Part shown: positions 37,339-47,820 of the stretch, piece after piece
Numbering within the stretch: the stretch's first letter is position 1
How the letters are laid out: each line of letters starts with the position of its first letter
Source: a virus
Lineage: Duplodnaviria; Caudoviricetes
DNA: 60,418 nucleotides
Virus record (IMG/VR): IMGVR_UViG_3300025325_000023
Coordinates: 1 to 60,418 of that record
Direction: 5' to 3' (one strand)
Notes under the pieces: model-generated
Seen by the model: the letters and a program-made list of their open reading frames with translations, nothing else
Told to the model about the DNA's origin: nothing
Database searches by the model: none
Made by a program: the position numbers and the translations under genes

Positions 37339-40300
37339 ATGGCTGCTCTTTGGGACACGTTGCGAAGTTTCTTCCCACCGTCTAGGAATACGCAATCCGA
37401 TACCCAGCCACAACCCTCCAGGTCTACCGGAATATCCATGGAGGACTATCTAAGTGGCACCTCTTTCGAAGACCAAGAAGAATCAGAGAGGCCCGAGCTT
37501 CCCCTTACAACCACCAAACGCCAACCCGCCCCCGAGCCACCCGTCCCTAAACCTCCCAAACCAACACACGGGATGACGATAGATGACTACTTAAAAGATG
37601 TGGAGCAACAAGAACGGGAACAAGAAAAGGAGAATCAATATGTATTAAAAAACTTGAAACAAGGCTTCACTGTACTTGGGGAGAAGGCACAAGGTAAGAC
37701 ACAAGCTTTCGGACGAGGCCTTACTACGATCTCTAACACCTTCACGAAAAATTTTAACCAAGTGGCCACAAACGCGAAGTATAGGATTCGACATCCCATA
37801 GTCCGCCAACTGGGACTTGTTACTGAAGGCGCCGGGCGAATGGGAGAGTTAGCGGCAGAACTCCGGCAATATGCTGTACCACAAGGTTTATCGGAAGCCT
37901 TAGCAAAGGGCATTAACGAAATCGGTATACTCCCTGCTGGACGAAAAGCCATTGTTAAAGCAGACCCCATATCTAAAACTGAGCGCGACATATACACCTC
38001 TATTCAAGACCTCGGCCAATACTTACAAGACAAAGCCCCCACGTCCAAACACGTCGCCAATCTTGAAAGACACACCGCCGATACTTGGGACTTGGTGCAA
38101 GATTGGGACTGGGTGGCAGAGCGCGGATCAGAAAATTTAGCCCAACTTGCCGCAACCATAGGACTCTATGCTATTGGCGGACCTATACCAGCTATGGGGC
38201 ACCAAGCCGCACTGAGCTTAACAGATAAGAAGGAACGATATCAACATAACTTAGAACAATATGGCGATGCGAAAACAGCAAAAGCTGTATCAGAAGGGCA
38301 AGAAATTCTCACGGCATCCGTGAATTCTCTCCTAGGAATCCTTCCACTAAAATTCATGCTCCACACCCCCGGCGTAGGTAAGACTATCTGGGAGAGCCTC
38401 GCCAAACGATTTGCAAACTTCAGCCTAGGAGCAGCATCGGAGGGAATTGAAGAGTTCGTCCAAAATATCGCTACAGATGTTATCGCTAAAGTAGGATCGA
38501 ACGATCCATTAGTGTGGAAAGATGTGTTAAACTCCGCTACCACCGCAGGAATAATGGGTACCCTCGTCGGTGGGGTAGCTGCGGGGCCAGTTTCCCTAGC
38601 TGGCTTGTCTACCCTAGCGGACATTCCACAAAACCAATTCCAAGACGGAGCTAGAGGCCTTCTCTATGCGTTAAAACGTGGCGAAGTGGACGCCGTTCGC
38701 CTTTTTGGAGACATGCCAAACCCGTCCAAAGCAGACTTAAAGGCAGTAGGTATAACTTCACCTGCCAATCAAGTAGTACGGAAACACCTTTCTACGCTAG
38801 CCCGGTCTCTTACTGATGGAACTTTTGTTAAAGGTTACAACGCCCAAGGGTACTACGCAGCCGTAGGCCAATTAGCTTCTCTATACCAGAAAATAGGGGC
38901 CAACCCCAAGGCGACCACCCAAGCCGACCCGAAACTTATTAGTACGATTACGGAACTCACAGAGGCTGCTGCGAAGCTACGAGGAGTACGCCAAGGCGAT
39001 GACCAACTAGTTGAACAGTTAAGGTCATCTGCAAAACTTGATGCCGACGCAGGAAATTGGGATGACTCTTACGTTAAACAGGCACAAGCAGATGTCATAA
39101 CGAAAGCCAACGAGACTATTCAACCTAAACCAGAAGTCCCGCCAGCTGAAGTACAACCCTTGATTGAAGAGGTAGCGCAGACACAGGAACCACCTGGTCC
39201 AGCGCCCCCGGCCATAACGCCCCAGATTGCGGGCGGCCCCCATGTCGGACCCCTAACTCCATACTTCCCTAGAGCAAAAGGCACAACAACTCCCACATTA
39301 GCCGAGATAGCATCCACCCAGACCGCTCCCGCCGCCCCATCGCCCCGCTTCTACGCCCCCCGCTACGAAGAAGACATCAGCCAGCCCGTCAAAGGGACCA
39401 CCGCGTCAGTGCCAGGAGAGACTAATCGATATTCCGAACGACAAATAGTCGAATTTTTAGCCACCTTAGACCCGGCGATCGCCGCCAGCATAGCGAGCCG
39501 TTTAGGTTCTGGTGACGAGTCAAACAAGGCTGAGGCTGAAAAAGAATTCTACAGACTGATGCAAAAGGCCGGGATCGTACCAGCGGCCTCCGCACAAGCC
39601 CCCACAACCAAGCCAACACCAACAAAACCAATTCCACCCGGCCTAATCTCTGGTGAAGCTGGCACCTTTCCACTTATAATCTGGAATCCCCCAGAATCAG
39701 TTGTCAAAGAGGCCAAGGCAGGAGTAATAAAGTCAAAAGAATGGTTATTGCCACAAGGACTAATGCCAGAACCAATATTCGATGAATTGATTCAAGGACG
39801 AGGTCGACTAGGAGAACGACGGCTAGAAGTTGATTACGCCATCCGTGATTTTAGGGCTGCGGTATACGACGCATACGGTACAAAAAAAGTATCCATAGAC
39901 GATTCGTCCCTTATCAACACCGCCTTACATAACCCCCAGGAGCATTTATCTAAACTGCCTCCGCAGTTACAACCAACTGTAGCTAAACTGCGCGACGACA
40001 TAGATGCCTTATCTATAGAACTTCTAAATTCAGGGGCTATTGAGGGAGACATCCTCACCATTATTGATAAAAATTTAGGCGTGTATCTTCATAGATCATA
40101 CAGAGTATTCGACGATCCCGAATGGTCGAATAGGGTAGACGATCGGATTAAAAATGCGGCCAAGAATTTTATTCGTAAAGAATATCAAAACTACACGGAC
40201 GACCAAATTGAACATACCATAAATGCCTTGCTATACGTTGGCAAAGATTCCGACTCACCAATGGCTGCCCTAGCCAAGGCAAAACTAGGGCGTAAAGACT

Positions 40301-42570
40301 TATCAATCTTACTGCGACGTAAAGATATTCCAGAAGAGATACGCACTTTATGGGGAGAGTATACCGACCCTCTTGTGAACTATGTAAAGAGCGTAGAAAA
40401 ATTAGGACGGCTGATAGAAAACCACAAGACACTCACCGAAATACGTCAAGTAGGGCTAGACAACGGGTTATTCTTTACCGACAACACAAATCCAGAAGCA
40501 TACGTCCAAATCGCCAAGGGCGACTATTCTATGGAGCCGGTGGCAGGACTGTGGACAACCCCAGAGACCAAACAAGCTATAAATGAAACCTTTGGGAAAG
40601 CTGCCCAAATTAGTGAGGCGCAAAAGTGGTTGGCTCGGGCAATGGCTGGGACCAAAATTAGCAAAACTGCCTTGTCCTGGGTAACACATACCTCGAATTT
40701 GGCTGCCAATCATTCACTTATGATAGCGAATGGCCACTTCGATTTTACTCATGCCGCAAAAGCCTTTGCCGCAGCCGGACTGCATATAACAGGCACTGAC
40801 AAAGGCAAATGGCGAGACTACATTCTAGACGCCGTAAGAGAGGGGATTATAGGAGAGGAGGTGGGGGCAGAAGATATACGATCAGTTGTCTCCCAATTAT
40901 TTATAACTCCAGTTGAGGCAACTCTAGGAACCGAGGCAGCGGAAAAGCCCGTAGGTAGAGCAATCACAGCAACCCTGGGGGCCGTCAAAAAAACATACGA
41001 AACCGCCCTGGAATTGTACAAATGGGGAGACGCCATACCTAAGCTTATTGGATGGGAAGTTGAAAAGGCAGAATATAGAAAGGCGAGGCCGGACTTGTCT
41101 GAAGCAGAGATAAAAACCCTCACTGCTAAGATAATCAGAAACCAATACCCATCAAATGCAATGTTATCAAAGTTAGCCAAAACGGTAAGGCACTGGCCCC
41201 TCTTCGGGCCATTCGTTAGTTTCTCGGCCGAAATGATACGAGTTCCACTATACACATATCGCCAAGCTGGATTAGAAATTGTCGACCCCAGAACTCGAAT
41301 CATAGGCATGAAACGAGCCTACGGATCGATACTCGCACATGGAATATTGACCTCATCTCTAGCGCAACTTTTCCGATATTTTGCAGGAGTCGATAAAGAC
41401 GAAGAAGAAAAACTGCGCCACCACATAGCCCCATGGTCTAAAAATAGCCAATTAGTACATCTGGGGAAAGATGAAGATAGTCTAACTTATGACGTAATCG
41501 ACCTCAGTCGCTGGACAGCCCACTCGAATATCCAAAAAACCGCCATAGCCTTTTTGCGCGGAGCTAACTGGAAAGACGCTATGTGGGAGGCATCGAAAGA
41601 AGCATTTCGGCCCTTCATATCGGAAGAAATACTAGCTGGTAAATATACCGACATTATGAGAAACAAAAAAGCAACCGGAGGTACAGTATATAATGAAGAG
41701 GATGATGCGGAACAAATCGCTATCGACGTACTTAAACATATGTGGGATGCGTTTGAACCGGGCACACTAACCTCCCTCAAACGGGTCAAGCAGGGGTGGG
41801 AAGGATATGTGTCTCCAAGTGGGAAGAAGTATGATTTCACAAATGAAGCCATCGCCGCCTCTACTGGGGTACGCTTGACCACCATAGACATACCCCAAAG
41901 TTACGGCTATAAAGCCAGTCGTTACCAATCAAGCCTCGTACAGGCTAACAAAATTCTTTTAGGACCACTACACAGACGAGGAACCGTCACGCCAGAAGAG
42001 ATAGCCGACAGCTACCAACGAATGGAAAGGAACCGGAAACGACTGTTCGACGAATACGCGCAGGTGACTCGGGACACACGAGCCCTGGGGCTGTCAGATA
42101 AAAAAACACGAGCAATCCTAAAAGAGAATCAGTTGACAGAGGATTCTATCGACTCGATTATGACCGGAGTCTACCGCCCATACATTCCCTCCACCTTACC
42201 CGACCTGCTAAAAATTCTCCCGCTGGCCGCCCCAGAGCACAAACTCGAATTACAACAAGCCATTGAAGACAAGGCAACTACAGTTATAAACTCGGCCTAT
42301 GCAACCCCAACCTCAGCTAACAAGAAAGACATAGCCAAAGCAAAGGCGCTACTCGCTGAACTAAAGATACCAACAGACCAATTAGAAACTATGGCCAAGA
42401 CATCCTGGGCACGAGAGGATAATGAGAAACTGAACAAGAAAAGAGCCGCCGCACGCCTAGACCCACTGCCGGCACGAGACACCCCGATGCTTTCCACCGC
42501 CCGGAGACGGGTCCTGTATCAACTACGCAAATCTAGCACCACCCCCGCCACTATAGGAACCACCCCATGA
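37339..42570 (+). CDS. Large internal virion / DNA-ejection protein (1743 aa)
   Basis: Size and position; EGIEEFVQ and GTLVGGVAAG hydrophobic segments typical of podoviral ejection proteins. Confidence 0.65.
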   Translation: MAALWDTLRSFFPPSRNTQSDTQPQPSRSTGISMEDYLSGTSFEDQEESERPELPLTTTKRQPAPEPPVPKPPKPTHGMTIDDYLKDVEQQEREQEKENQYVLKNLKQGFTVLGEKAQGKTQAFGRGLTTISNTFTKNFNQVATNAKYRIRHPIVRQLGLVTEGAGRMGELAAELRQYAVPQGLSEALAKGINEIGILPAGRKAIVKADPISKTERDIYTSIQDLGQYLQDKAPTSKHVANLERHTADTWDLVQDWDWVAERGSENLAQLAATIGLYAIGGPIPAMGHQAALSLTDKKERYQHNLEQYGDAKTAKAVSEGQEILTASVNSLLGILPLKFMLHTPGVGKTIWESLAKRFANFSLGAASEGIEEFVQNIATDVIAKVGSNDPLVWKDVLNSATTAGIMGTLVGGVAAGPVSLAGLSTLADIPQNQFQDGARGLLYALKRGEVDAVRLFGDMPNPSKADLKAVGITSPANQVVRKHLSTLARSLTDGTFVKGYNAQGYYAAVGQLASLYQKIGANPKATTQADPKLISTITELTEAAAKLRGVRQGDDQLVEQLRSSAKLDADAGNWDDSYVKQAQADVITKANETIQPKPEVPPAEVQPLIEEVAQTQEPPGPAPPAITPQIAGGPHVGPLTPYFPRAKGTTTPTLAEIASTQTAPAAPSPRFYAPRYEEDISQPVKGTTASVPGETNRYSERQIVEFLATLDPAIAASIASRLGSGDESNKAEAEKEFYRLMQKAGIVPAASAQAPTTKPTPTKPIPPGLISGEAGTFPLIIWNPPESVVKEAKAGVIKSKEWLLPQGLMPEPIFDELIQGRGRLGERRLEVDYAIRDFRAAVYDAYGTKKVSIDDSSLINTALHNPQEHLSKLPPQLQPTVAKLRDDIDALSIELLNSGAIEGDILTIIDKNLGVYLHRSYRVFDDPEWSNRVDDRIKNAAKNFIRKEYQNYTDDQIEHTINALLYVGKDSDSPMAALAKAKLGRKDLSILLRRKDIPEEIRTLWGEYTDPLVNYVKSVEKLGRLIENHKTLTEIRQVGLDNGLFFTDNTNPEAYVQIAKGDYSMEPVAGLWTTPETKQAINETFGKAAQISEAQKWLARAMAGTKISKTALSWVTHTSNLAANHSLMIANGHFDFTHAAKAFAAAGLHITGTDKGKWRDYILDAVREGIIGEEVGAEDIRSVVSQLFITPVEATLGTEAAEKPVGRAITATLGAVKKTYETALELYKWGDAIPKLIGWEVEKAEYRKARPDLSEAEIKTLTAKIIRNQYPSNAMLSKLAKTVRHWPLFGPFVSFSAEMIRVPLYTYRQAGLEIVDPRTRIIGMKRAYGSILAHGILTSSLAQLFRYFAGVDKDEEEKLRHHIAPWSKNSQLVHLGKDEDSLTYDVIDLSRWTAHSNIQKTAIAFLRGANWKDAMWEASKEAFRPFISEEILAGKYTDIMRNKKATGGTVYNEEDDAEQIAIDVLKHMWDAFEPGTLTSLKRVKQGWEGYVSPSGKKYDFTNEAIAASTGVRLTTIDIPQSYGYKASRYQSSLVQANKILLGPLHRRGTVTPEEIADSYQRMERNRKRLFDEYAQVTRDTRALGLSDKKTRAILKENQLTEDSIDSIMTGVYRPYIPSTLPDLLKILPLAAPEHKLELQQAIEDKATTVINSAYATPTSANKKDIAKAKALLAELKIPTDQLETMAKTSWAREDNEKLNKKRAAARLDPLPARDTPMLSTARRRVLYQLRKSSTTPATIGTTP

Positions 42571-43205
42571 CCCACCACGCATCCGATGCTGGACGATTCC
42601 TGATCGTACTGACCCTACTGGCCTTAGGCATCGCCGCATATAAAGGTATTGGCCTTGACGCCATTGTTACACAACCCCCAGAAATGTGGCTAAACACCGA
42701 CCACCGATACCTGCCACCGCTAGAGGATTTGGCGGACATACCGGAAGAGATGAGAAAGAGAAACTGGAGAGGACAAACCGGTGGCAGTTGTGTCCACGCG
42801 AGTTTAATCTCACTGCTTCGTTATCAGGGCCTAGACGACATGGCCACCTGGTGGAGGCAAAATTTCGATGGCGGGGAATATTTCGATCGCCTCGAAACCC
42901 GGCTCGATGCGGCCAACTTACGCTACGCCGCTGCCTCGGGACCAGAAGGCGAGAAAATGCTTGAGTGGGCAATGAAGAATCGTTTGGGCGCCATAATCGG
43001 TTATACCGATGATGAGGCCTTCCAAGCACATGCACTACTTATAGTAGATTTAACACCTACGCAGGCGGTCCTGTTGGATAATAACCACATTGAGCAATAC
43101 AAGTTCGTGAACAAAGAGGAATTCTTCCGAATTTGGCGAAAATCGGGATCGTATATGCTTACGCTGGTGTATTCACCATCGCCACCCTTGCCCTCGTACC
43201 CTTAA
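42567..43205 (+). CDS. Papain-fold cysteine peptidase (C39-like) with N-terminal TM/signal
   Basis: QTGGSCVHAS (catalytic Cys), AHALLIV (His), VLLDNN. Confidence 0.7.
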   Translation: MTHHASDAGRFLIVLTLLALGIAAYKGIGLDAIVTQPPEMWLNTDHRYLPPLEDLADIPEEMRKRNWRGQTGGSCVHASLISLLRYQGLDDMATWWRQNFDGGEYFDRLETRLDAANLRYAAASGPEGEKMLEWAMKNRLGAIIGYTDDEAFQAHALLIVDLTPTQAVLLDNNHIEQYKFVNKEEFFRIWRKSGSYMLTLVYSPSPPLPSYP

Positions 43206-43216
43206 TCCTGTATAAT
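43188..43216 (+). promoter_or_regulatory. Putative sigma70 promoter
   Basis: TTGCCC-N17-TATAAT, then AGGAG RBS. Confidence 0.6.
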
Positions 43217-43230
43217 TAGAATAGGAGATA

Positions 43231-43884
43231 TTGTGCATGTTAGTTCGTAAACTACTTTTAAGCCTGTTGATACTTCTCCTCTTACTCTCCACTGCCCAGG
43301 CCGAGAGGGTACTCAATCCATACGACTATGAATTTAAGAACAAATGGTATTTGACAGTCGTCTATGGGGAGCCCAGCACACAGGCGGATACAAATCTGCG
43401 ACAACTGATGGGGACAGATTTAAGATGGAGGGCCCTTCAATCTAGAGTCATCTTCACTGAATGGGAGGCCGGAGCTCTTTGGATGCGACAATCGGCATGG
43501 GGCTACTTCCTTTCGACTGGTAAAAAGCCGGCGATTATACTGCAATCGCCCCATCGCGCTGATGGAAAAGCCCCCGTCGTATTCTATGGAACCGCCGATA
43601 CGGTTAAATTTGATGCAACACTATTTGATCGTATGTCCGTAGTAGCTTCTAGGTACATAGAGACATATCCCGACAGGGCCGCCGAGCAATGTCCATTCAC
43701 CCCACGACCAAAGACTCCAGCACCAACGATCCCAGCACAGCCGCCAGCAACTCCGGCCCCACTAGTACCAACGCCGGCCCCTGCAACCCCAGTTGAAGAG
43801 AACTACATCCCGTTACTGTTTTTCCTCCTGCCATTCGCGGGGGCGGCACTTGGCGTACGTGCATACCTTAAAGAAGGACGATGA
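43231..43884 (+). CDS. Exported protein with Pro-rich linker and C-terminal TM anchor
   Basis: Signal peptide ending AQA; PAP repeats; C-terminal hydrophobic helix. Confidence 0.7.
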   Translation: MCMLVRKLLLSLLILLLLLSTAQAERVLNPYDYEFKNKWYLTVVYGEPSTQADTNLRQLMGTDLRWRALQSRVIFTEWEAGALWMRQSAWGYFLSTGKKPAIILQSPHRADGKAPVVFYGTADTVKFDATLFDRMSVVASRYIETYPDRAAEQCPFTPRPKTPAPTIPAQPPATPAPLVPTPAPATPVEENYIPLLFFLLPFAGAALGVRAYLKEGR

Positions 43885-44297
43885 ACATGAACATGTTAGG
43901 AATTTTGTTACTCGCTGGCGGTGGGGTACTTGCGTACGTTGTCGCCAAATTTCTACTACGCCAAGATGATTCCGTTGAGGATCGGCGGAAAATAGCGATT
44001 CGTCTGTCGGCCAAATGTACAGCTAATGGCTTGCCCATTTTAAGTTCTTTTCTTGAGAATTACGCCGTAGGCGGGTATCAAGAATTGTACCGTGGCGGCA
44101 AGGAAATTTTAGCTATCGTGGCCGACGACGAAAAGTTGAACGAGGTTGTGAACCGATTTCTCACTCTGCAACTTAACAAGAAATTGGACTCGGCCGAGGG
44201 GCGAGAAATTGTCCTCTCAATCATCGAAGCTAAGTTAAACATTACAATCCCTCGCAACGCACTTGCGAAGCCGGCCACAGAATTGAAGGTATCCTAA
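43881..44297 (+). CDS. Membrane-anchored hypothetical protein
   Basis: N-terminal TM; ATGA coupling. Confidence 0.7.
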   Translation: MNMNMLGILLLAGGGVLAYVVAKFLLRQDDSVEDRRKIAIRLSAKCTANGLPILSSFLENYAVGGYQELYRGGKEILAIVADDEKLNEVVNRFLTLQLNKKLDSAEGREIVLSIIEAKLNITIPRNALAKPATELKVS

Positions 44298-44707
44298 TGA
44301 TTCCAGCAGCCCTGCTCTCTCGATTGGCCATAATCGGCGTATCAACGTTGATTACGGTAATCGTACCTTATATGGTGCAAAATCGTCCCGTAGCAACTTT
44401 CGTCTTCGATCGTCTCGGTCCACGGATTGTTGATCGTGCTACAGATGTGATCGTTGATAAAGTAGGTCCCCCGATTCCAGAGGTGCGGCCCGACTGCCCC
44501 CCGTGCCCCCAAGTAACCCCGGCACTGCCGGATGTAGATATTAAGATTCCTAAACCAGAACCTTCAAAACCCCTGCCGGTACGGATCGTAGATGAAACTC
44601 TCGATGTAGTAGATAACTCTGTTGATGCAGCTTCAACGGCGGTAACGACCACAGTAACTTGGGTTGACCAATTGGCAAGACTAATCCTCAAATTAGTCCT
44701 AGAATAA
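44297..44707 (+). CDS. Membrane-anchored Pro-rich protein
   Basis: N-terminal TM; CPPCP motif. Confidence 0.65.
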   Translation: MIPAALLSRLAIIGVSTLITVIVPYMVQNRPVATFVFDRLGPRIVDRATDVIVDKVGPPIPEVRPDCPPCPQVTPALPDVDIKIPKPEPSKPLPVRIVDETLDVVDNSVDAASTAVTTTVTWVDQLARLILKLVLE

Positions 44708-44715
44708 CGGGAACA

Positions 44716-45132
44716 ATGATTAGCGGACGATGGTTCGAATACTTGTACGCATTTCTAACGGTGTCTCCTACCGGCGCGGGAGCGGTAATAACCTACACTG
44801 CCCTGTATGGCCAGACCTCCGTCTCCCCTGATCGTGGGTGGTCGACGCTAGTCTATACGTTATTGGCCTTGGGTCCGGTTATCATCGGGGCCCTAATTTC
44901 CTTGCTGTCCTGGCAAACTTACGAAATCATAGCATCAAAAACCGAACGGTGTACCACAACGAAGTTTCTGAATATACTTCAAGCGCAAAGCCTTTCAATC
45001 ATAGCTACGCAGCAAAGTCAGAGCAACCTGATTATCACGGCACAAAACGAGATTCTGAAAATCTTGATAAGACTACAGGTGTCAGACACACGCGATGCTC
45101 AAGAAGGCAAGAATCAGGCAAATTTGATATAG
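44716..45132 (+). CDS. Holin-like membrane protein (putative)
   Basis: Two hydrophobic segments plus a coiled C-terminus at the end of the late block. Confidence 0.4.
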   Translation: MISGRWFEYLYAFLTVSPTGAGAVITYTALYGQTSVSPDRGWSTLVYTLLALGPVIIGALISLLSWQTYEIIASKTERCTTTKFLNILQAQSLSIIATQQSQSNLIITAQNEILKILIRLQVSDTRDAQEGKNQANLI

Positions 45133-45137
45133 GTGTC

Positions 45138-45165
45138 TTGACAACCTCATGCTAGGGCCGATAAT
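45138..45165 (+). promoter_or_regulatory. Putative sigma70 promoter for the nuclease/recombination operon
   Basis: TTGACA-N16-GATAAT followed by AGGAGG. Confidence 0.55.
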
Positions 45166-45185
45166 TACACCAGGAGGGTGTAACC

Positions 45186-45557
45186 ATGCCGGTCCCCGAC
45201 TCTAACTTCTCCCCCTATCTGTATTACGCTTCCGTTAATCGCGTTATCGATGGCGATACCGTTGTCATGGATGTTGATCTTGGGGGGCGTATCTCGGCCC
45301 AATGGGCCATGCGGCTGTATGGCATAGACGCCCCGGAAAGTCGCGGCCCAACGGCAAAGGCGGGGGCCGACGCGGCCGATCATCTAAAGTGGCTTCTGAC
45401 CACCTATCCGCCACATCACATCGAAACACTTAAAGACAAGACAGACAAATACGGCCGGTACCTAGTTCGAATATGGAGCACAGGAGACGCAGGTATGCTC
45501 TTCGAAATTAATCAAACCATGGTCGACGACGGGCATGCTAAGGAGAAGACATACTGA
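45186..45557 (+). CDS. Staphylococcal-nuclease-like (thermonuclease) protein
   Basis: RVIDGDT..DVDLG, RLYGIDAPE, DKYGRYL, INQ.MV..GHA. Confidence 0.9.
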   Translation: MPVPDSNFSPYLYYASVNRVIDGDTVVMDVDLGGRISAQWAMRLYGIDAPESRGPTAKAGADAADHLKWLLTTYPPHHIETLKDKTDKYGRYLVRIWSTGDAGMLFEINQTMVDDGHAKEKTY

Positions 45558-46270
45558 TGGAAATCGTCACCATGGAAACTCTGGAGGAGCTGTGTACCAA
45601 AACCAAACGGTACGCCCTGGTCTTCGATATAGAGACAGGCCCCTTGGCACGGGAAGTAGTGGACGGGTACTTCAATCCACACAAAGTAAAATTAGGAGCA
45701 CTGAAAGACCCAAAGAAGATAGAGAAAAAGATAGAGGAGGAGAGGGAGACATTCTACGAACGAGCCCCGTTGTTCGCACACACGGGACGGGTCATGGCGC
45801 TTGGATACGGGTACCATACAGAAGAGGAAGGCCTTAAAGTAGCTACACAGGATGAAACGGAAACCGACGAGCGCGGGCTAGTAACGAAATTTTGGTACTT
45901 ATTCCATCTAGTAAAAACGTCACACGGTAACATCTTAGGTTATAACAGTCATCGCTTTGACCTGGTCTTCCTTAAACGCCGCGCTTGGTTTCTAGGAATA
46001 AAAACCCTCCCCTTAATGTCCCAATACGGAAAGCCCCCGGCTAATTGCATAGATTTATTTCAGGAGTATCGCCTGGGGGAGTACCAATTCGACAGCGCAA
46101 TTTCGTTAAACAATCTGTGTAAGGCACTGGGAGTAGAGGGCAAGATGGAAGGAATCAGTGGTGCTAATTTTCATAAAATTTTCCCCGAAGATCGAGAGCG
46201 AGCCCTAGAGTACCTACGCGGGGACATTAAATGCACTTACGAATGTGCCAGCAAAATGAACTACCTATGA
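45557..46270 (+). CDS. DEDD 3'-5' exonuclease (RNase H-like)
   Basis: VFDIET, GYNSHRFDL.FL, YLRGDI. Confidence 0.85.
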   Translation: MEIVTMETLEELCTKTKRYALVFDIETGPLAREVVDGYFNPHKVKLGALKDPKKIEKKIEEERETFYERAPLFAHTGRVMALGYGYHTEEEGLKVATQDETETDERGLVTKFWYLFHLVKTSHGNILGYNSHRFDLVFLKRRAWFLGIKTLPLMSQYGKPPANCIDLFQEYRLGEYQFDSAISLNNLCKALGVEGKMEGISGANFHKIFPEDRERALEYLRGDIKCTYECASKMNYL

Positions 46271-47202
46271 CAAAAAACAAAACCATACCAGCTCTGTGGG
46301 GCGGCTGCCCTTTGCACTTACTGGTCTTATGTGGCGCCCCCAATTCTGGTAAAAGTTGGTTAGCAACCCACATAGCCCCAGAAAGAACACTATACCTCGA
46401 CAGCGAGAAATCGGGCACAGCCTACCAGACATTGGTTAAAAAATACATCGACATACGTGCGGCTACCCGAGCCCGAATTGCACGGGCCCCAACACCTCGT
46501 GATTTATTTGATACTGTACGCCTGGAAACTGACCAAATCGCCTTAGGAGAGTTTGAGGTTGTGGCCATAGATGTGTTCAGCGGTACTCTAGAACAAGGAA
46601 TCGTCGAACTCGTAGCGGGCGATTACGCCAAATACGGATTTACCACCGAAGCCAAGTTTACAGCCAGCGGGGGCCTATTTTGGAGCCGCGTTAGAGGCTT
46701 TGTCGAAGAGTTCATCCTAGAGTTGTCAGATCGTTGTACCACCCTTGTGCTGACCACCCAACTAAAAACAATTTGGCGAGATGGGCGCGCTACAAAAGAC
46801 CAAGAACCTAAGGGTAAGACCTCGGTGTATGATTTGGCAGCGATGTATCTCTTATTGGAACGCAAATCCATCACAAGGCATGCCCCACCATCCCCAATCC
46901 CCACCGCACAAGTCCTCAAGTCGCATACCCTACACCCATTCCCGCCCAGATTACCAGAAGCCACCTATAATTCTATCCTCCATTACTTGACTGCGGGTGT
47001 GAATTATGGTACCCTGACAGAAGAAGAATCGATCAAAGACGCCCAGTTGACGGCCGACGAGAAACTACAACTCCAGGCTACTATCGAAGAAACCAAGCTA
47101 GAAGCCGCCACGGCCGAATTAGAGCGAGCCAAGATAGACGAAAGAGTCGGAGTGGCCCGCGCAGAGGCCCTGAAGAAATTACAAAATAGGAGTTTAGGAT
47201 GA
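46267..47202 (+). CDS. AAA_24 / Sak4-like P-loop ATPase (recombination)
   Basis: Walker A GAPNSGKS, LYLDSE, Walker B VVAID; context between the exonuclease and an SSB-like gene. Confidence 0.7.
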   Translation: MTKNKTIPALWGGCPLHLLVLCGAPNSGKSWLATHIAPERTLYLDSEKSGTAYQTLVKKYIDIRAATRARIARAPTPRDLFDTVRLETDQIALGEFEVVAIDVFSGTLEQGIVELVAGDYAKYGFTTEAKFTASGGLFWSRVRGFVEEFILELSDRCTTLVLTTQLKTIWRDGRATKDQEPKGKTSVYDLAAMYLLLERKSITRHAPPSPIPTAQVLKSHTLHPFPPRLPEATYNSILHYLTAGVNYGTLTEEESIKDAQLTADEKLQLQATIEETKLEAATAELERAKIDERVGVARAEALKKLQNRSLG

Positions 47203-47411
47203 GATTTACAAAGTCCTGTACCGACGACTTGGCCAGTGTAATCAATAAACACAACATCGGTGTATCTACGGACACCCCAACCGTCGTCTTAGTAAATTAC
47301 ATCACTAGGTGCCTTAAAACCTTTGATGAAAGTATACGAGAACGAAGTTTTTGGAGAGGAAGCGATATAGAAGAGTTTACAGACGATAATACAGAAGAGA
47401 CAGTCGGATGA
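47199..47411 (+). CDS. Conserved small phage protein
   Basis: INKH...DTP..VL.NY...CL..F pattern. Confidence 0.6.
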   Translation: MRFTKSCTDDLASVINKHNIGVSTDTPTVVLVNYITRCLKTFDESIRERSFWRGSDIEEFTDDNTEETVG

Positions 47412-47815
47412 AACGCCCACCCATAATGTTTCAGCGGGACCCGTACGTAGTAAACTCCACTGATGCTGTAAGTTCATTCGCAACGGCAGTGCGCGATACG
47501 CCATTGTGGTCACATATTCTAAATGTCGTAGGGCGACACCTACGCGAAGTGGGTTACGCTTGGACCGCAACTTTCGGCACATACACTACCGACCCACGAG
47601 ACAATACTATTTTCACACCTTCGGAGGCGCCGTTACTATACCTTAACCTGGTGGAACTCGAATGGATGACCTCTGATGTAGAAGCCATCCTCTACAAAAA
47701 ATCCCTGGACGACTATACGCCCTGGCTATTCACTTCAATCGAATATCAACGTACAATTATGAATACCGACGTTAGCAATTACATAAACAACCTACACGCA
47801 CAAAAAGAAAGGTAA
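47408..47815 (+). CDS. Hypothetical protein
   Basis: ATGA coupling. Confidence 0.6.
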   Translation: MKRPPIMFQRDPYVVNSTDAVSSFATAVRDTPLWSHILNVVGRHLREVGYAWTATFGTYTTDPRDNTIFTPSEAPLLYLNLVELEWMTSDVEAILYKKSLDDYTPWLFTSIEYQRTIMNTDVSNYINNLHAQKER

Positions 47816-47820
47816 GAAAC

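Noticed and set aside
37339-42570. Virion RNA polymerase or tape-measure protein
   Set aside because: No DxDGD or T7-type RNAP motifs recognised, and no tail tube or sheath genes.
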